A DNA stretch of 64,000 nucleotides, taken from an uncultured bacterium. GTDB taxonomy: Bacteria; Armatimonadota; Abditibacteriia; Abditibacteriales; Abditibacteriaceae. Shown piece by piece: positions 10,311 to 21,407 of this stretch. The stretch covers positions 1,178,001 to 1,242,000 of the forward strand of contig CAWJLW010000006.1 of assembly GCA_963843795.1 (NCBI GenBank), in the 5' to 3' direction. The notes beneath the pieces are model-generated. The model was not told the origin of the DNA, did not search any database, and saw only the letters and a program-made list of their open reading frames with translations. Made by a program: the position numbers and the translations under genes. Each line of letters begins with the position of its first letter. The stretch's first letter is position 1.

Positions 10311-13300
10311 ATGAAAACCAAAATTTCCCTGTGGGCTATAGTAACTTTCGTGTTGTCGTCGGCAATTGTCGCGCGCGCCGTTGATGCGCCTTTGCCGCCT
10401 GAGATTGAAAATCCGCAAGTTCTCAGTCTCAATAAGGAACCGTGGCACGCCACTCTGATGCCGTACGCCAACATGAACGAAGCGCTTAATACCAAGCGCA
10501 GTGCCTCATCATTCTCGCGTTCCTTGAATGGGCAATGGAAGTTCCATTACGTGCCGCGTCCCGAACAGCGGCCCGTCGATTTTTACAAACCCGATTTCGA
10601 TGTGAGCGCTTGGAAGAACGATTTCGGTGCCTTCGAACTGGCAACTCAAAGGTTATGGAACGCCGTATTATCGCAACATCGGCTACACCTTCCAAAACGA
10701 TTGGCCGCGCGTGATGAGCGAACCACCCCGCGACTACACGGCGTATGAAGAGCGCAATCCGGTCGGCAGCTATCGCCGCAATTTCGATGTGCCCGCGAGT
10801 TGGAACGGACGCAAGGTTTTTCTCAGTTTCGATGGCGTCGATTCGGCGTTTTATGTGTGGGTGAACGGTCAGAAAGTCGGCTATAACGCCAATTCGCGCA
10901 ACGTGGCGGAATTTGATATCAGCAAGTACTTGCAGCGCGGCAAAACTAACACGCTGGCCGTCGAGGTTTATCGTTACAGTTCTGGCTCGTATCTCGAAGA
11001 TCAAGATATGTGGCGTTTGAGCGGCATTTTTCGCGATGTTACGCTGTGGTCGGCTCCCGTCGTTCACATGCGCGATTTCAACGTCACGACGGATTTAGAC
11101 GCGCAATATCGCAATGCCACCTTGCGCGTTGGCGCCAAAATTCACAATTACACCGCGCAAAATGTGGCCGCGCGCATTTTCACCGTCACGTTATTCGATA
11201 AAGCCAATAAAGTCGTGGGCGCGCCCATCAAAGTTTCGGTTCCGGCTTTGGCAGCGGGCGCGGAAACCATGGTCAGCGTGCAAATGCCGGTCATGAATCC
11301 GCTGAAATGGACGGCGGAAACGCCGAATTTATACACCGCAGTCTTGAGTTTGTCGAATGGCAACAACGCGCCGGAATTGCTGTCGCATCGCGTCGGTTTT
11401 CGCGAAATCGAAATCAAAGGTCGCCAGTTTTTGCTCAATGGTGTGCCGATTAAGCTCAAAGGCGCGAATCGCCACGAAAGCAACGTCAATACCGGACATT
11501 ACGTGACCGAAGCGAACATGATTCAGGACATTCTGCTGCTGAAAAAGTCCAATTGCAATCACGTTCGCACTTCGCATTATTCCAATTCGCCGCGCTGGTA
11601 CGAGCTAAGTGATGAATACGGTTTGTATCTCGTCGCTGAAGCCAACCTGGAATGTCACGGCAACCAGAGTTTGTCCAATGAACCGCGCATGGAAAAGATG
11701 TTCGTGGATCGCAACGTCGCTAACGTCGAAAACTTCAAAAACCATCCGTCGATTTTGATTTGGTCGCTGGGCAATGAATCGGGGCGCGGTCCGAACTTGC
11801 GCGTGGCAGAGAAAATGGTGCGTAGTTTGGATGCGACACGACCGACGCACTACGAAGGTTTTGGCATCGGCGACAACAACCCGGCGAGCTTGGATTCGCA
11901 GATGTATACGCAGACCGGCAGCCTGGACAGCGAAGCGCGCGACGCAAATTTGGAGAAGCCGTTGTATCTGTGCGAATACGCGCACGCGATGTTCAATTCG
12001 ATGGGTTCTCTGGGCGATTACAACGATATTTTCGACCAATATCCGTCGCTCTTGGGCGGTGCGATTTGGGAATGGGAAGATCAGGGCATCTGGAATCGAC
12101 GCGACCCGAAGCGCCAATATATCGCGTATGGCGGCGGTTTTGGTGAAGTGCCCAACGACCATTATTTCATTCACAAAGGCGTCGTTTTTTCCGACCGTTC
12201 GCCCAAACCGCATTATCCCGAAGTGCGGCGTGTTTATCAGTGGATTGGTTTCGCGCCCGCAGATTTGAGCCGCAATCAAATCAAAATCAAGAACAAATAC
12301 GCCTTCACCAATTTGAACAATTTTAAAGGCTTCTGGTCGATTAGCGAAGATGGCAAATGGACGCAGGGTGGCACTTTGCCGCGCTTGAGTTTGGCACCGG
12401 GCAAAGAAGTTACGCTGCCTTTGCCTGTTAAAAATTTCACGCCTAAGGCTGGCGCGCGCTACTATCTCAACGTCGCGATGGGGCTGACCAAAGATACCAA
12501 CTGGGCCAAAGCCGGTTATGAAATCGCGCGCACGCAAATCGAAATGCCGCAATCTGCACCCGCGCCGGTTTTGAACGCGGCCAACATGAAGCCGCTGAAA
12601 ATGGCGCGTAATGGCAACATTGTGACGATCAATGGTTCTGGCTTCGATGTGGCCTTTGATGCCGCGACCGGACAAATGACGCGTTTGGCGCGCGGTGGCG
12701 TAAACGTGTTGTTGCCGGGTGGCGGTCCGCAGTTGAATTTGTGGCGCGCGCCGCACCGCAACGACGATATGTATACAGCGGGCGCATGGGAACGCATGGG
12801 ATTGAAAGATTTGAAAACGCGCATTTTGAACTTCGAAACCAAGCAAATTTCGCCCTCAGAAATTTCAGTTCAGGAAACCTTGCAATTGGAGGGCAAAAAT
12901 GGCTTCGCTGTCACGCACGCCATCAATACTTCGATTTTTGGCGATGGCTCGATTAAAGTCGATAACGCCGTGATGCCGCAAGGCCCCGATATTACGCTGG
13001 CGCGCGTTGGCGTGCGGATGCTGCTGGACAAGCGTTTGGGCAACGTCAATTATCTGGCGCGCGGTCCAATGGAGAATTACGCTGACCGCAAACGCGGTTC
13101 GGACATCGGCGTTTATTCCAGTTCGGTATTCGAGCAAATGACGCCATACGCCAAACCGATGGAAGCGGGCAACCACGAAGATACGCGCTGGCTGGCGTTA
13201 CATGGCGCTAAAATGCCGACGCTTCTGGCGCAATCGGAAGGTGAACCGTTGCAATTCTCGACGCTGCCTTACACCGATGAACAAATGGAAAAACCGGAAT

Positions 13301-14151
13301 ATCGCGTCGATTTGCCGCCTTCAAACGCAACGGTTTTGAACTTGTCGGCGAAAACTCTGGGCGTTGGTTCGGCCAGTTGCGGCCCGCGTCCGCTGCCTTA
13401 TTGTTTGCTGGAAACTAACGCGATGGCGTTTTCTTACGGCTTGCGTTTGCTGCCTGCTGACACCAAAAATATGAACGAAATCTCGCGCACTGTCGCACCA
13501 AGCAAACGCGTGTGGCCGGTTTTGGCAATGCGCGATAAACAAGGCCTAATTTCGCTCGATGCGGGCGAAAACGCTCTAGCTTATTCCCGCGACGGCGCAA
13601 CGTGGCAGCCTTACAATGCGCCCTTTGCTTTCGCGCAAGGCGGTTTATTGAAAGTGCGTAGCACTGCGACTAACGGGCAGTCGATGGAAAGCGTGATTCC
13701 TTTCGATGCCTTTGCCAACCGCAGCGCGTGGAAAGTAACGGCGAGCGATTTTCAAAACGGCGAAGGCAATCCCGAACACGCGATTGATGGCGATACCGAT
13801 ACCATCTGGCACTCGCGTTATTCGCCGGATAAGCCCGGCTTGCCGCACTTTCTGATTGTGGATATGGCCGCGCCGCTTGCCATTGAATCCGTTCGACTGA
13901 CGCCGCGCCCCGATGGCTCGAACGGTCGCGCACGCGCCTATGATTTGTATCTCAGCAACGACAAAGAGAATTTCGGCGCGCCCGCAATGAGCGGAACTTT
14001 GCCCGATGAAGGCACGGTTCAAACTTTGAAATTGCCCCAAACTCAAACGGCGCGTTACCTGAAATTCGTGGTCAAAAGCGAATATTCACGTCAGGATTTA
14101 GGTTCGTTGGCCGAAATTAGCATCGTACCCGCCAATAGCGGAGTAAAATAA
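10311..14151 (+). CDS. Secreted GH2 beta-galactosidase with C-terminal F5/8C (CBM32-like) domain; apparent +1 frameshift near 10618
   Basis: Signal peptide, SLNGQWKF, LEDQDMWRLSGIFRDV, NHVRTSHY, WSLGNES, CEYAHAM; C-terminal HAIDGDTDTIWHS. Confidence 0.9.
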
Positions 14152-14181
14152 AGCACACAGAAATTTTTGAAGGATAGATCT

Positions 14182-14215
14182 GAAGATGTGTTGCAAGTAC
14201 TTGCAACACATCTTC
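14182..14215. terminator. 34-bp perfect palindrome centred on the iterated motif, between convergent genes
   Basis: GAAGATGTGTTGCAAGT/ACTTGCAACACATCTTC. Confidence 0.55.
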
Positions 14216-14273
14216 GCTCCACTTTTGAAAATCTCTGTGTCCTCTACGTTCTCGGTGGTCTATTTGCCCGCGC

Positions 14274-17069
14274 TTATGGCTTCCATTGCGAAGTCAGCGA
14301 GAAGACGTTGCCGCGCTTTTCGCCGCTGTAATTTCCCGCGACCGGTTGACGCAATTCGCTTGCGCCTGATGCGGCGAAGCTGCCGCCGCCAATTGCAAAG
14401 CGCAAAACATCGCCTTTTGTGCGCGTCACAAAAACGCGGGCGTCGCTTTTCCAGACTCCCACTTGCCACACGCCGGGTGCGTGCGCAACGACAACGCGCG
14501 TTAGCGTGCCGTCTTGTTGTTTAATTTCCACCGCTGAGGCGCCATTTTGTGCCGCTTCGTTCGCCAACCAGCGCACGCTCAGCACAGGATTTTTCCATTC
14601 ATCCAGCGCATACGCGGCGGCGAAATCGGCGTGTTGGCCGTTTTGCCGAGCCAACGCCATTTCATCGGTGTCTGGGCCCGTGCCGAGAATAATTTGCTGC
14701 TGCGGCGTGCCCGCCAACGTCACGGCAAACTTACCGGCTTTGGTATCCCAAACACCGTTCCAGCCATCACTTGCGTCTTTTCGCGCGCTCACTTTGAAAT
14801 TCTGATAACCGTCCTGCGCGCCCAGAGCTTTGGCACCTGTGGCAACAGGTAAGCCGAGCAGCTTGCCATTGTAGCGAAACGTTCTGTCCCAAGTGTGTTC
14901 GAGCGCGCTACGGCCCGCGAACAGATCAATCACCATATCGGGCAGCACTACAACGGTTCGGTCGAGCAAAACTCCCGCATAGCTGCCGCTCGATTCAGCG
15001 CGCATGATTTTTAGTTGCGGGGTGTCTTCGTAGACCAACAATTTGCCTTCAGTCGCAGCTTGCGACTTTTCGTCCACCGTCATCGTGTTGTGCGCGACGG
15101 TCGTATTCGTCCAGTCAGCGTGCAAAGGATTGTCGTAAAAGTGGAAATTCGGCTCGCCGCCCATTTCGTCGCCGACGCCATTGGGCAAAGCGGCATACAA
15201 TTCCAGATTCAGCTTGTCGTAATGGCCATGGACGCCACCGTGCGGCCCGAAATCGAGCAGCGTATATTTCAAATCGTCGCGCAGAATCGCGTAGCCCAGA
15301 CTGCCGAAAATTGTGCTGCCGGTTTTTGTCGTGGCCGCGTTTTCAAAAGAAGTGTAGAAACGTGTAGGCGCGTAAATATCATCGGAAGTGTGCAACTGGC
15401 GCGGCGTGTCATTGACCAGAGCGCGATAGTTCGGGTCGTTGTAGCGCAATAGCCCGTAATCGTAAGTAATGGTTTGCCAGCTTCCGAGTTTGGCGCGTCC
15501 CGAATCGTTGATGCCGGGCAAGGTGCCGTCGGGATAAGCGTAGCGCAGCGGCGAATCGAAGAGCATTTTGAAGCGACCGTTCGACGAATTCCACAGGTCG
15601 TAACCATGGTGCGCCGCCGTTTCCATGCCGGGCACCATCGCGCCCATCGCGAACAATTGATAGCCGATGGCACCTTCGCCCCACATTCCATCGTCGCCGA
15701 TGCCGGTGGCGATAGCGGTGCGCAGGTCGGCAGCCGCCAAATCCATCATGTTCTTGTCGTCCAGCAGCGCGCCCGCCATGATGGTGGCGGTGCTGTAAAA
15801 ATTCAGCCAGTTCGAATAATTGCCCTGCTGCGCCGTTGGCGGCGTGGCCGTGCGCCAATCGGGATTTTTCTGGCTGCGATTGTCCGCTTCCTGTGCGGGT
15901 TGTTGGCGACGAATTTCTTCAATCGCGGGGCGAATGAGGCCGCTTTCGATGAGATTTTTATCGCCATCGCTCAGAACTTTAGCGGCCAAAATGTAATCGT
16001 AGGCTTCGAGTTGCGGAATCAGCCACATCGCTTCCGAGAGGCGCTGTACCGTAATCTTAGAGGAATCGTTTTTGTTGAAACCACCGTGACGCGGATATTT
16101 CTGATAGCGCTGCGCATAGCCGAGCAGAATTTCGCGCGCCGCTCGCGCGTATTTTTCATCGCCGCTGAGCGCGTAAGCCATGCCCAGCGCCGCCGCGCGA
16201 TGCGATAATTTTTGATGCGTGTTGCCCGTTTTATTGGCGACGGTATCTTCTACCGAAGGAAATTCAATTGGCGCGACCAGATGACCATCGGCCAGTTTCA
16301 GAAAGCCTGCCAACGCGCTTTTGCCCTTTTCGCTTTGCTCTAAATTCTGGCGAAAACTGGCCAATTCCTGTGGCGTGAAAATCAAACTCGGATGCTCGCC
16401 AGCCTTGGCCACCTCCGGCAAAGTCGCTTTGACCGGCGTAGCGTTGGCTTGTAACGCTGTCGGATGGACAAAAATCGGCGCTTTGTCATCGTGGTTGGGA
16501 ACGTGAAATTTCGCATCGAGATCGGTGCTCGTCCAGACCGCCAAATCGGCCAATCCGCCCCATTTTACAGTTCCGGGAAAGTTGGATAAAACGGTGATTC
16601 TGATGCGGCTCACTTCGCGTTCGACCGGCACATCTTGCCAGACGATTTGCGCTCTGCCGCGCGCCGGTTTCGTGGGCCGTCCCAATTCCAATGTGTGCTT
16701 AATGGGAGCTGCGTCATCAAAAGAAATTTCCACCTCTTTGGGCGCGGCTTCAGCGGCGTAATCGGAATTGGCCAACGAAATTTTCTCGACTTGCATCGCA
16801 AAAGGCAGTTGCACCACGATGCTGTAAGGCGCGCCGGTCAAAACATAACGCGTGTGCGGGTTGCCATCAAGGTAAGCCTCTGGCGAAGTTTGCTTGTCTT
16901 TCACCACGTCTGGCCCCGCTTCCACACTGACGCGCACGCCATAATTATTGGACGCCGCGTTAAGCAGTTTCGGCCCAACGAGTTGAGCGTGCGCGCCACC
17001 GACAAACCAACTCAGCGCGAAGGCGCTGGCGAAAATATGACGAACCCAGCAATGATACTTCCGGCTCAT
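14274..17069 (-). CDS. Secreted alginate-lyase/heparinase II/III-like polysaccharide lyase (PL17-like)
   Basis: Signal peptide; QRLSEAMW, NW, GEGAIGYQ, LPGINDS, GPHGGVHGHYDKL, AHNTMTVD. Confidence 0.75.
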   Translation of the reverse strand: MSRKYHCWVRHIFASAFALSWFVGGAHAQLVGPKLLNAASNNYGVRVSVEAGPDVVKDKQTSPEAYLDGNPHTRYVLTGAPYSIVVQLPFAMQVEKISLANSDYAAEAAPKEVEISFDDAAPIKHTLELGRPTKPARGRAQIVWQDVPVEREVSRIRITVLSNFPGTVKWGGLADLAVWTSTDLDAKFHVPNHDDKAPIFVHPTALQANATPVKATLPEVAKAGEHPSLIFTPQELASFRQNLEQSEKGKSALAGFLKLADGHLVAPIEFPSVEDTVANKTGNTHQKLSHRAAALGMAYALSGDEKYARAAREILLGYAQRYQKYPRHGGFNKNDSSKITVQRLSEAMWLIPQLEAYDYILAAKVLSDGDKNLIESGLIRPAIEEIRRQQPAQEADNRSQKNPDWRTATPPTAQQGNYSNWLNFYSTATIMAGALLDDKNMMDLAAADLRTAIATGIGDDGMWGEGAIGYQLFAMGAMVPGMETAAHHGYDLWNSSNGRFKMLFDSPLRYAYPDGTLPGINDSGRAKLGSWQTITYDYGLLRYNDPNYRALVNDTPRQLHTSDDIYAPTRFYTSFENAATTKTGSTIFGSLGYAILRDDLKYTLLDFGPHGGVHGHYDKLNLELYAALPNGVGDEMGGEPNFHFYDNPLHADWTNTTVAHNTMTVDEKSQAATEGKLLVYEDTPQLKIMRAESSGSYAGVLLDRTVVVLPDMVIDLFAGRSALEHTWDRTFRYNGKLLGLPVATGAKALGAQDGYQNFKVSARKDASDGWNGVWDTKAGKFAVTLAGTPQQQIILGTGPDTDEMALARQNGQHADFAAAYALDEWKNPVLSVRWLANEAAQNGASAVEIKQQDGTLTRVVVAHAPGVWQVGVWKSDARVFVTRTKGDVLRFAIGGGSFAASGASELRQPVAGNYSGEKRGNVFSLTSQWKP

Positions 17070-17310
17070 GTTTAAAGATTCCTCAATTGACGTACAGATA
17101 CGCTGCAAGTACTTGCATCATATGTAGCAGACAAAAATTGCGCTTGAATCACGTCAGATTTTTTGGCAAATCCATGCTTGCGGGCGCTCGATGCTTCGAC
17201 ATTCCTCCATCATTCAAGTTTTTCTTGTAGTGAATAAACATTTGCGCCAATTGATGGGAATTGCCGCGCATCGCCGATACGCAAATGTACTTTTGCGCGA
17301 AAATGTCGAT

Positions 17311-18168
17311 TTACAAATTCTTGCCGACGATCACCGTATCGGGATCGAAATGCGGCGTGGCGAATTCGCGTGTGGCACGCCGTGCAAGTACTTGCGGGTC
17401 GTCCCGATACGAACGCGCGGCTGCCAAAAACAATTGCGAAACTTGCGGCAGCACTTTTTGCATCGCCTCTAAAACTTCGCCCTGCGTGAGTGGCGCCTCC
17501 GAAATACCCGCCGCCAAATTGGTGATGATGGAAATTCCAGCGTAGGAAATGTTGGCTTCGCGCGCCAAAACGACTTCGGGCACGCCGGTCATGCCAACGA
17601 CATCGGCGTTCCACGAAGCGTAAAGTTTAATTTCAGCGGGCGTTTCAAAGCGCGGGCCATCGGTGCACAAATAAGTGCCGCCATCGCGCAACGTAACGTG
17701 CAACTCTTGCGCAGCCTTCAACAGCGCCTCGCGCGCGTGTGGGCAATACGGCTGCGTCACATCGACATGAACCGGATAATCGTCGAAAAAAGTTTTGGCG
17801 CTCCTGCTGGTGGCGTCGATAAAATCATTCAGCAACACTAAAGTTCCGGGCGGGCAATCTCGGCGCAGGGAACCAACGGCAGTCGAAGCGAAAATTGCCG
17901 TCACGCCGAGCATTTTTAGAGCGGCGATATTGGCACGATAGTTAATTTTGTGCGGTGGGACGCGGCCCGTTTCGGAAGTGGGCGCGGCGTGGCGATGCAG
18001 AAAAACGATTTCGCGCGGTTGCGAATCGTCGGATTGCAAAGTCGCGCGCGTAATGAAAGCGCTGCCCCAGCGAGTTTCAATGCGTTCGTCGCGAGCGTTC
18101 TGGAGAGGCGAATTGTCGAGCGATTCCAGACCGGTGCCGCCGATAATGGCAACCAAAGAGGAAGGCAT
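17311..18168 (-). CDS. mtnP: Methylthioadenosine/methylthioinosine phosphorylase
   Basis: AIIGGTG, PPHKINYRANI, STAVGSL, GPRFETPAE, VGMTGVPE. Confidence 0.85.
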   Translation of the reverse strand: MPSSLVAIIGGTGLESLDNSPLQNARDERIETRWGSAFITRATLQSDDSQPREIVFLHRHAAPTSETGRVPPHKINYRANIAALKMLGVTAIFASTAVGSLRRDCPPGTLVLLNDFIDATSRSAKTFFDDYPVHVDVTQPYCPHAREALLKAAQELHVTLRDGGTYLCTDGPRFETPAEIKLYASWNADVVGMTGVPEVVLAREANISYAGISIITNLAAGISEAPLTQGEVLEAMQKVLPQVSQLFLAAARSYRDDPQVLARRATREFATPHFDPDTVIVGKNL

Positions 18169-18186
18169 GAGAAGTGAAAACGGGAA

Positions 18187-18387
18187 TTAGCGCTCGTTTT
18201 TGTGATCGGTGCGGAAATCGTCTTTGAAATCGTCGTCGAGATTCATATTGCGTTGAAATTCGCTGGTCATTTTCTTGACTTCGCGCACGCCTTTGCCGAT
18301 GTTGCGCGCCAGTTCGGGAAGCTTATCGGGGCCGAACAAAACCAGAACGACAATTAAAATCACGAATAACTCGGGTGTGCCGGGCAT
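18187..18387 (-). CDS. tatA: Twin-arginine translocase TatA/TatB subunit
   Basis: ELFVILIVVLVLFGPDKLPELARNIGKGVRE. Confidence 0.8.
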   Translation of the reverse strand: MPGTPELFVILIVVLVLFGPDKLPELARNIGKGVREVKKMTSEFQRNMNLDDDFKDDFRTDHKNER

Positions 18388-18439
18388 AACATTTCCTTTG
18401 AATCGGATGAATCTACGCTGCAAGTACTTGCGACACAGT

Positions 18440-19681
18440 TTAACGTTCCGGCCAATCGAGCATCAAAGCCGGAAATTTGTCTCCAGCTCCATAATTTTGG
18501 GTTTCGGGCCCAATCACCAATAACGCATTGGCGCGCGTCATTGTTGTCAAGCGCGCGCTGCCCTGTTCGCCGCTGATTTTCGCCGTCCAAGATTCGTCGA
18601 CTGGCTCGACCAGAGCGCGCACGTATTCGGTTTTGCCGCTGGGCGAACGGCCAGCGCTACCAACCGCTGCAAGTACCTGCGCGCGGTTTTTCGCGCGCCG
18701 ATTCTGCATCTGCAACAGAGCCGGACGCACCAACAGTTCCGCGGCGACCATCACCGAAACCGGATTGCCCGGCAAACCGAATATCGGCACCGTGCGCTCA
18801 GCTTTTTCCAGCGTCGCGAACATCACCGGTTTGCCGGGTTTAATGGCCAATTTCCAGAAATGTAACTGCGCGATGCGTGGTAAAACTTCGCGCACCGGAT
18901 CGAAGTCGCCCATCGAAACGCCACCGGAAGTCACGATTAAATCGCTGTATTTCGCGACTTCAAGGAGCAAATTTTTCAGTTCACTTTCATCGTCGCCGCA
19001 ACGATAATTTTCAATTTGCGCACCGTAACTTTCCAGCAAACCGCGCAGAGCGTAAGAATTGGAATCGTGAATCTGGCCCGCACACAACGATTGGCCGACG
19101 GGCATTAATTCTTCGCCAGTCACGATAATCGCGACGCGCGGACGCTGCGCAACTTCAACTTCACTTTGCCCCAGCGCTGCCAGAAGCGCCCATTCGCTGG
19201 CGCGGATTAAAACGCCCGCCTGAAGCGCGATTTGGTCGCGCGCGATGTCGTTTCCGCGACGGCGAATGTTCTGGCCAGCCTTTACCTTGGCTTGAAAATG
19301 CACGCGCGTGTTGTCGATGGTTTTTTCGATCGTCGTTTCTTCCCGCATCACAACCGCATCAGCACCCGGCGGCAGCGGTGCGCCGGTCATAACCGCGACA
19401 CAGTGGCCCGCAAGTACTTTCCGCGAATTTTCACCACCCGCAGCGTTCACACCATCAAGAATTAAGGTCGGCGAATTTGACAAATCGGAGCAGCGAAGCG
19501 CGTAGCCGTCCATAGCGGAATTATCGAAGGGCGGCAAATTGAAGGGTGCGGAAATATCGTGCGCCAGTGTGCGATGCAAAGCGGCATCGAGTGCGATGGT
19601 TTCGGTGCCAAGAGTTGGCGCGTGCCGCAAAACGATTTGCAGTGCGAGTTCGGGCGTGATTAGAGACAGCGGCGCGCTCAT
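18440..19681 (-). CDS. moeA: Molybdopterin molybdenumtransferase
   Basis: PPFDNSAMDGYA, MTGAPLPPGADAVVMRE, SGGVSMGDFD, KPGKP, GLPGNPVS. Confidence 0.93.
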   Translation of the reverse strand: MSAPLSLITPELALQIVLRHAPTLGTETIALDAALHRTLAHDISAPFNLPPFDNSAMDGYALRCSDLSNSPTLILDGVNAAGGENSRKVLAGHCVAVMTGAPLPPGADAVVMREETTIEKTIDNTRVHFQAKVKAGQNIRRRGNDIARDQIALQAGVLIRASEWALLAALGQSEVEVAQRPRVAIIVTGEELMPVGQSLCAGQIHDSNSYALRGLLESYGAQIENYRCGDDESELKNLLLEVAKYSDLIVTSGGVSMGDFDPVREVLPRIAQLHFWKLAIKPGKPVMFATLEKAERTVPIFGLPGNPVSVMVAAELLVRPALLQMQNRRAKNRAQVLAAVGSAGRSPSGKTEYVRALVEPVDESWTAKISGEQGSARLTTMTRANALLVIGPETQNYGAGDKFPALMLDWPER

Positions 19682-19703
19682 AAAAATTGGTTGTGGGCGG
19701 GTT

Positions 19704-20282
19704 TCAGCGATTGCGACGATCACCGGCGCGCCGGTCGCTACTGCGTCGTTCGGTCGAGCGGCGGTCGTGGAGGGCAACAGCATCATCGTCGGTATCGCCG
19801 CGCGAATAACGAAAATCGGAAGTAGACAGGCCGTTTAAGCGCGCCCATTCGTGCGAAGGGACATCGATTTCCGGCTCGGTGTCATTTTCTATCTCGATGT
19901 CATCGGAAGTGGCGGTTTGCATTTCGTTTTCGGTGTCATCGGTTTTAGCCGTATCGTCGCGCGTGGCTTTGGCGGTGCGTGCGGGTTTGCCCTGAAAAAT
20001 GCGACGTTGGAGATAGAAAGCGTAGGTGAGCGCGATGACGAAAACCAGTTCGACAATTTCCGATAAATGCAAAGTGTTAAGTGCGGCGAAATTCAAAAGT
20101 TCGGACAAGCGCAGCGCGTGCATGAGAGCAAAAATCACGCTGGCGATAATTAAAACGCGCCAAGTGCCGCCGCTTTGACCGGTGCGCAACAGCGCGTAAG
20201 TGTCGATGGCTAAAACCGCCGCGATGACGCTAAAGCCAAACGATAAAAACGATAGTAAACCGATCACGCCGTCGTTGCCCAT
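19704..20282 (-). CDS. Hypothetical membrane protein (three TM segments plus acidic tail)
   Basis: ORF between ispE and moeA with three hydrophobic segments. Confidence 0.6.
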   Translation of the reverse strand: MGNDGVIGLLSFLSFGFSVIAAVLAIDTYALLRTGQSGGTWRVLIIASVIFALMHALRLSELLNFAALNTLHLSEIVELVFVIALTYAFYLQRRIFQGKPARTAKATRDDTAKTDDTENEMQTATSDDIEIENDTEPEIDVPSHEWARLNGLSTSDFRYSRGDTDDDAVALHDRRSTERRSSDRRAGDRRNR

Positions 20283-20317
20283 AATTATTGGTTTAGTCAG
20301 CTTTGGTTCATTCAATT

Positions 20318-21256
20318 TTAAACGGCTTCAAATTCGACGCCGTGACGACACAGCGGAGCGGGCCAGATGCGCCATTGCAACTGCGAATCGTTCAACTTGT
20401 CGTGCGCTTGGCGCGCTGCATCGCGCGCCGTTTTTTCCGAATCGAATAAGCCAAAAACCGCCGCACCGCTGCCACTCATTTCGCATCCTAATGCGCCTGC
20501 CTCACGCAAAACTTGCAAAGGAAGCGCGACATCCACTCCCAATTGTTGTGCCACAATTCGTAAATCATTATGCACCCGCGCGGCAATTTGGTTCAAGCGT
20601 TTTTCGCTTCCGCAAGTACTTGCCGCGTGATTGGCCCTCCATATTTCCAGCATAGCATGAGTTGCCATGCGAGAATTTAACGCCAATTCGTCCCACTTCT
20701 GATAAGCTTGCGGCGTGGAAACTCCGCGCTTGCCACGCACTAGAACCGTCCAGCCTTCGAGCGCTTCGAGCGCGCTGAGCTTCTCGCCGATGCCTTCCAT
20801 CAAAAGCGCGCCGCCACGTAGAAATAGCGGCACGTCGGCGCCCAACTGCGCGGCTAATTTCAGCATTTGCGCATCATCGACCAATTTTCCCGCGCGGTCG
20901 TAGGCCCAGCGCAGCGCCATCAAAACTGCTGCCGCATTGCCGCTGCCACCTCCCAAGCCCGAACCCGAAGGAATGTTCTTGTGCAGTGTTATCGCGACGG
21001 ATTTTTCACGTCCCAAGCCGTTTTGTCGTGCGCTTTCGAGCCACGAACGTGCGGCCCGCAAACACAAATTATCCGCAGTTTCTAACGGCGCGACATTGCA
21101 GCGCAGCGATAATGGACGCGTGAAATCGAAACTCAATTCATCCCACAATCCGACGGTATGCACAACCGATTGCAATTCATGATAGCCATCGTCGCGTTGC
21201 GCGGTGATATCGAGGGTCAGATTAATTTTAGCGGCACTGCGCGCACGTAATTTCAT
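20318..21256 (-). CDS. ispE: 4-diphosphocytidyl-2-C-methyl-D-erythritol kinase
   Basis: AKINLTLDI, DGYHEL, KNIPSGSGLGGGSGNAA, GADVP, MSGSG. Confidence 0.93.
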   Translation of the reverse strand: MKLRARSAAKINLTLDITAQRDDGYHELQSVVHTVGLWDELSFDFTRPLSLRCNVAPLETADNLCLRAARSWLESARQNGLGREKSVAITLHKNIPSGSGLGGGSGNAAAVLMALRWAYDRAGKLVDDAQMLKLAAQLGADVPLFLRGGALLMEGIGEKLSALEALEGWTVLVRGKRGVSTPQAYQKWDELALNSRMATHAMLEIWRANHAASTCGSEKRLNQIAARVHNDLRIVAQQLGVDVALPLQVLREAGALGCEMSGSGAAVFGLFDSEKTARDAARQAHDKLNDSQLQWRIWPAPLCRHGVEFEAV

Positions 21257-21310
21257 AGTTTGAGAGCTGCAAGTACTTGCAGACGTAAGTTGCAACCTTG
21301 ATGCAAAACT

Positions 21311-21407
21311 GTAGATCGTGAGTCTCTGACCCGCCAATGTAAAGCACCATTTGTATCCAATTTCTTATCCGCCATGCAATAAGGGTGGGCAGAGACCCGC
21401 ACCCTAC
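21311..21407. repeat. GTAG-type REP inverted doublet (REPIN-like), left copy degenerate
   Basis: GTAGATCGTGAGTCTCTGACCCGCC ... GGGTGGGCAGAGACCCGCACCCTAC. Confidence 0.7.

Noticed and set aside
11605..12846. Long antisense ORFs (also 39017-40504, 52064-53047, 36314-37381)
   Set aside because: These are shadow frames of well-supported genes on the opposite strand, with no recognisable motifs.
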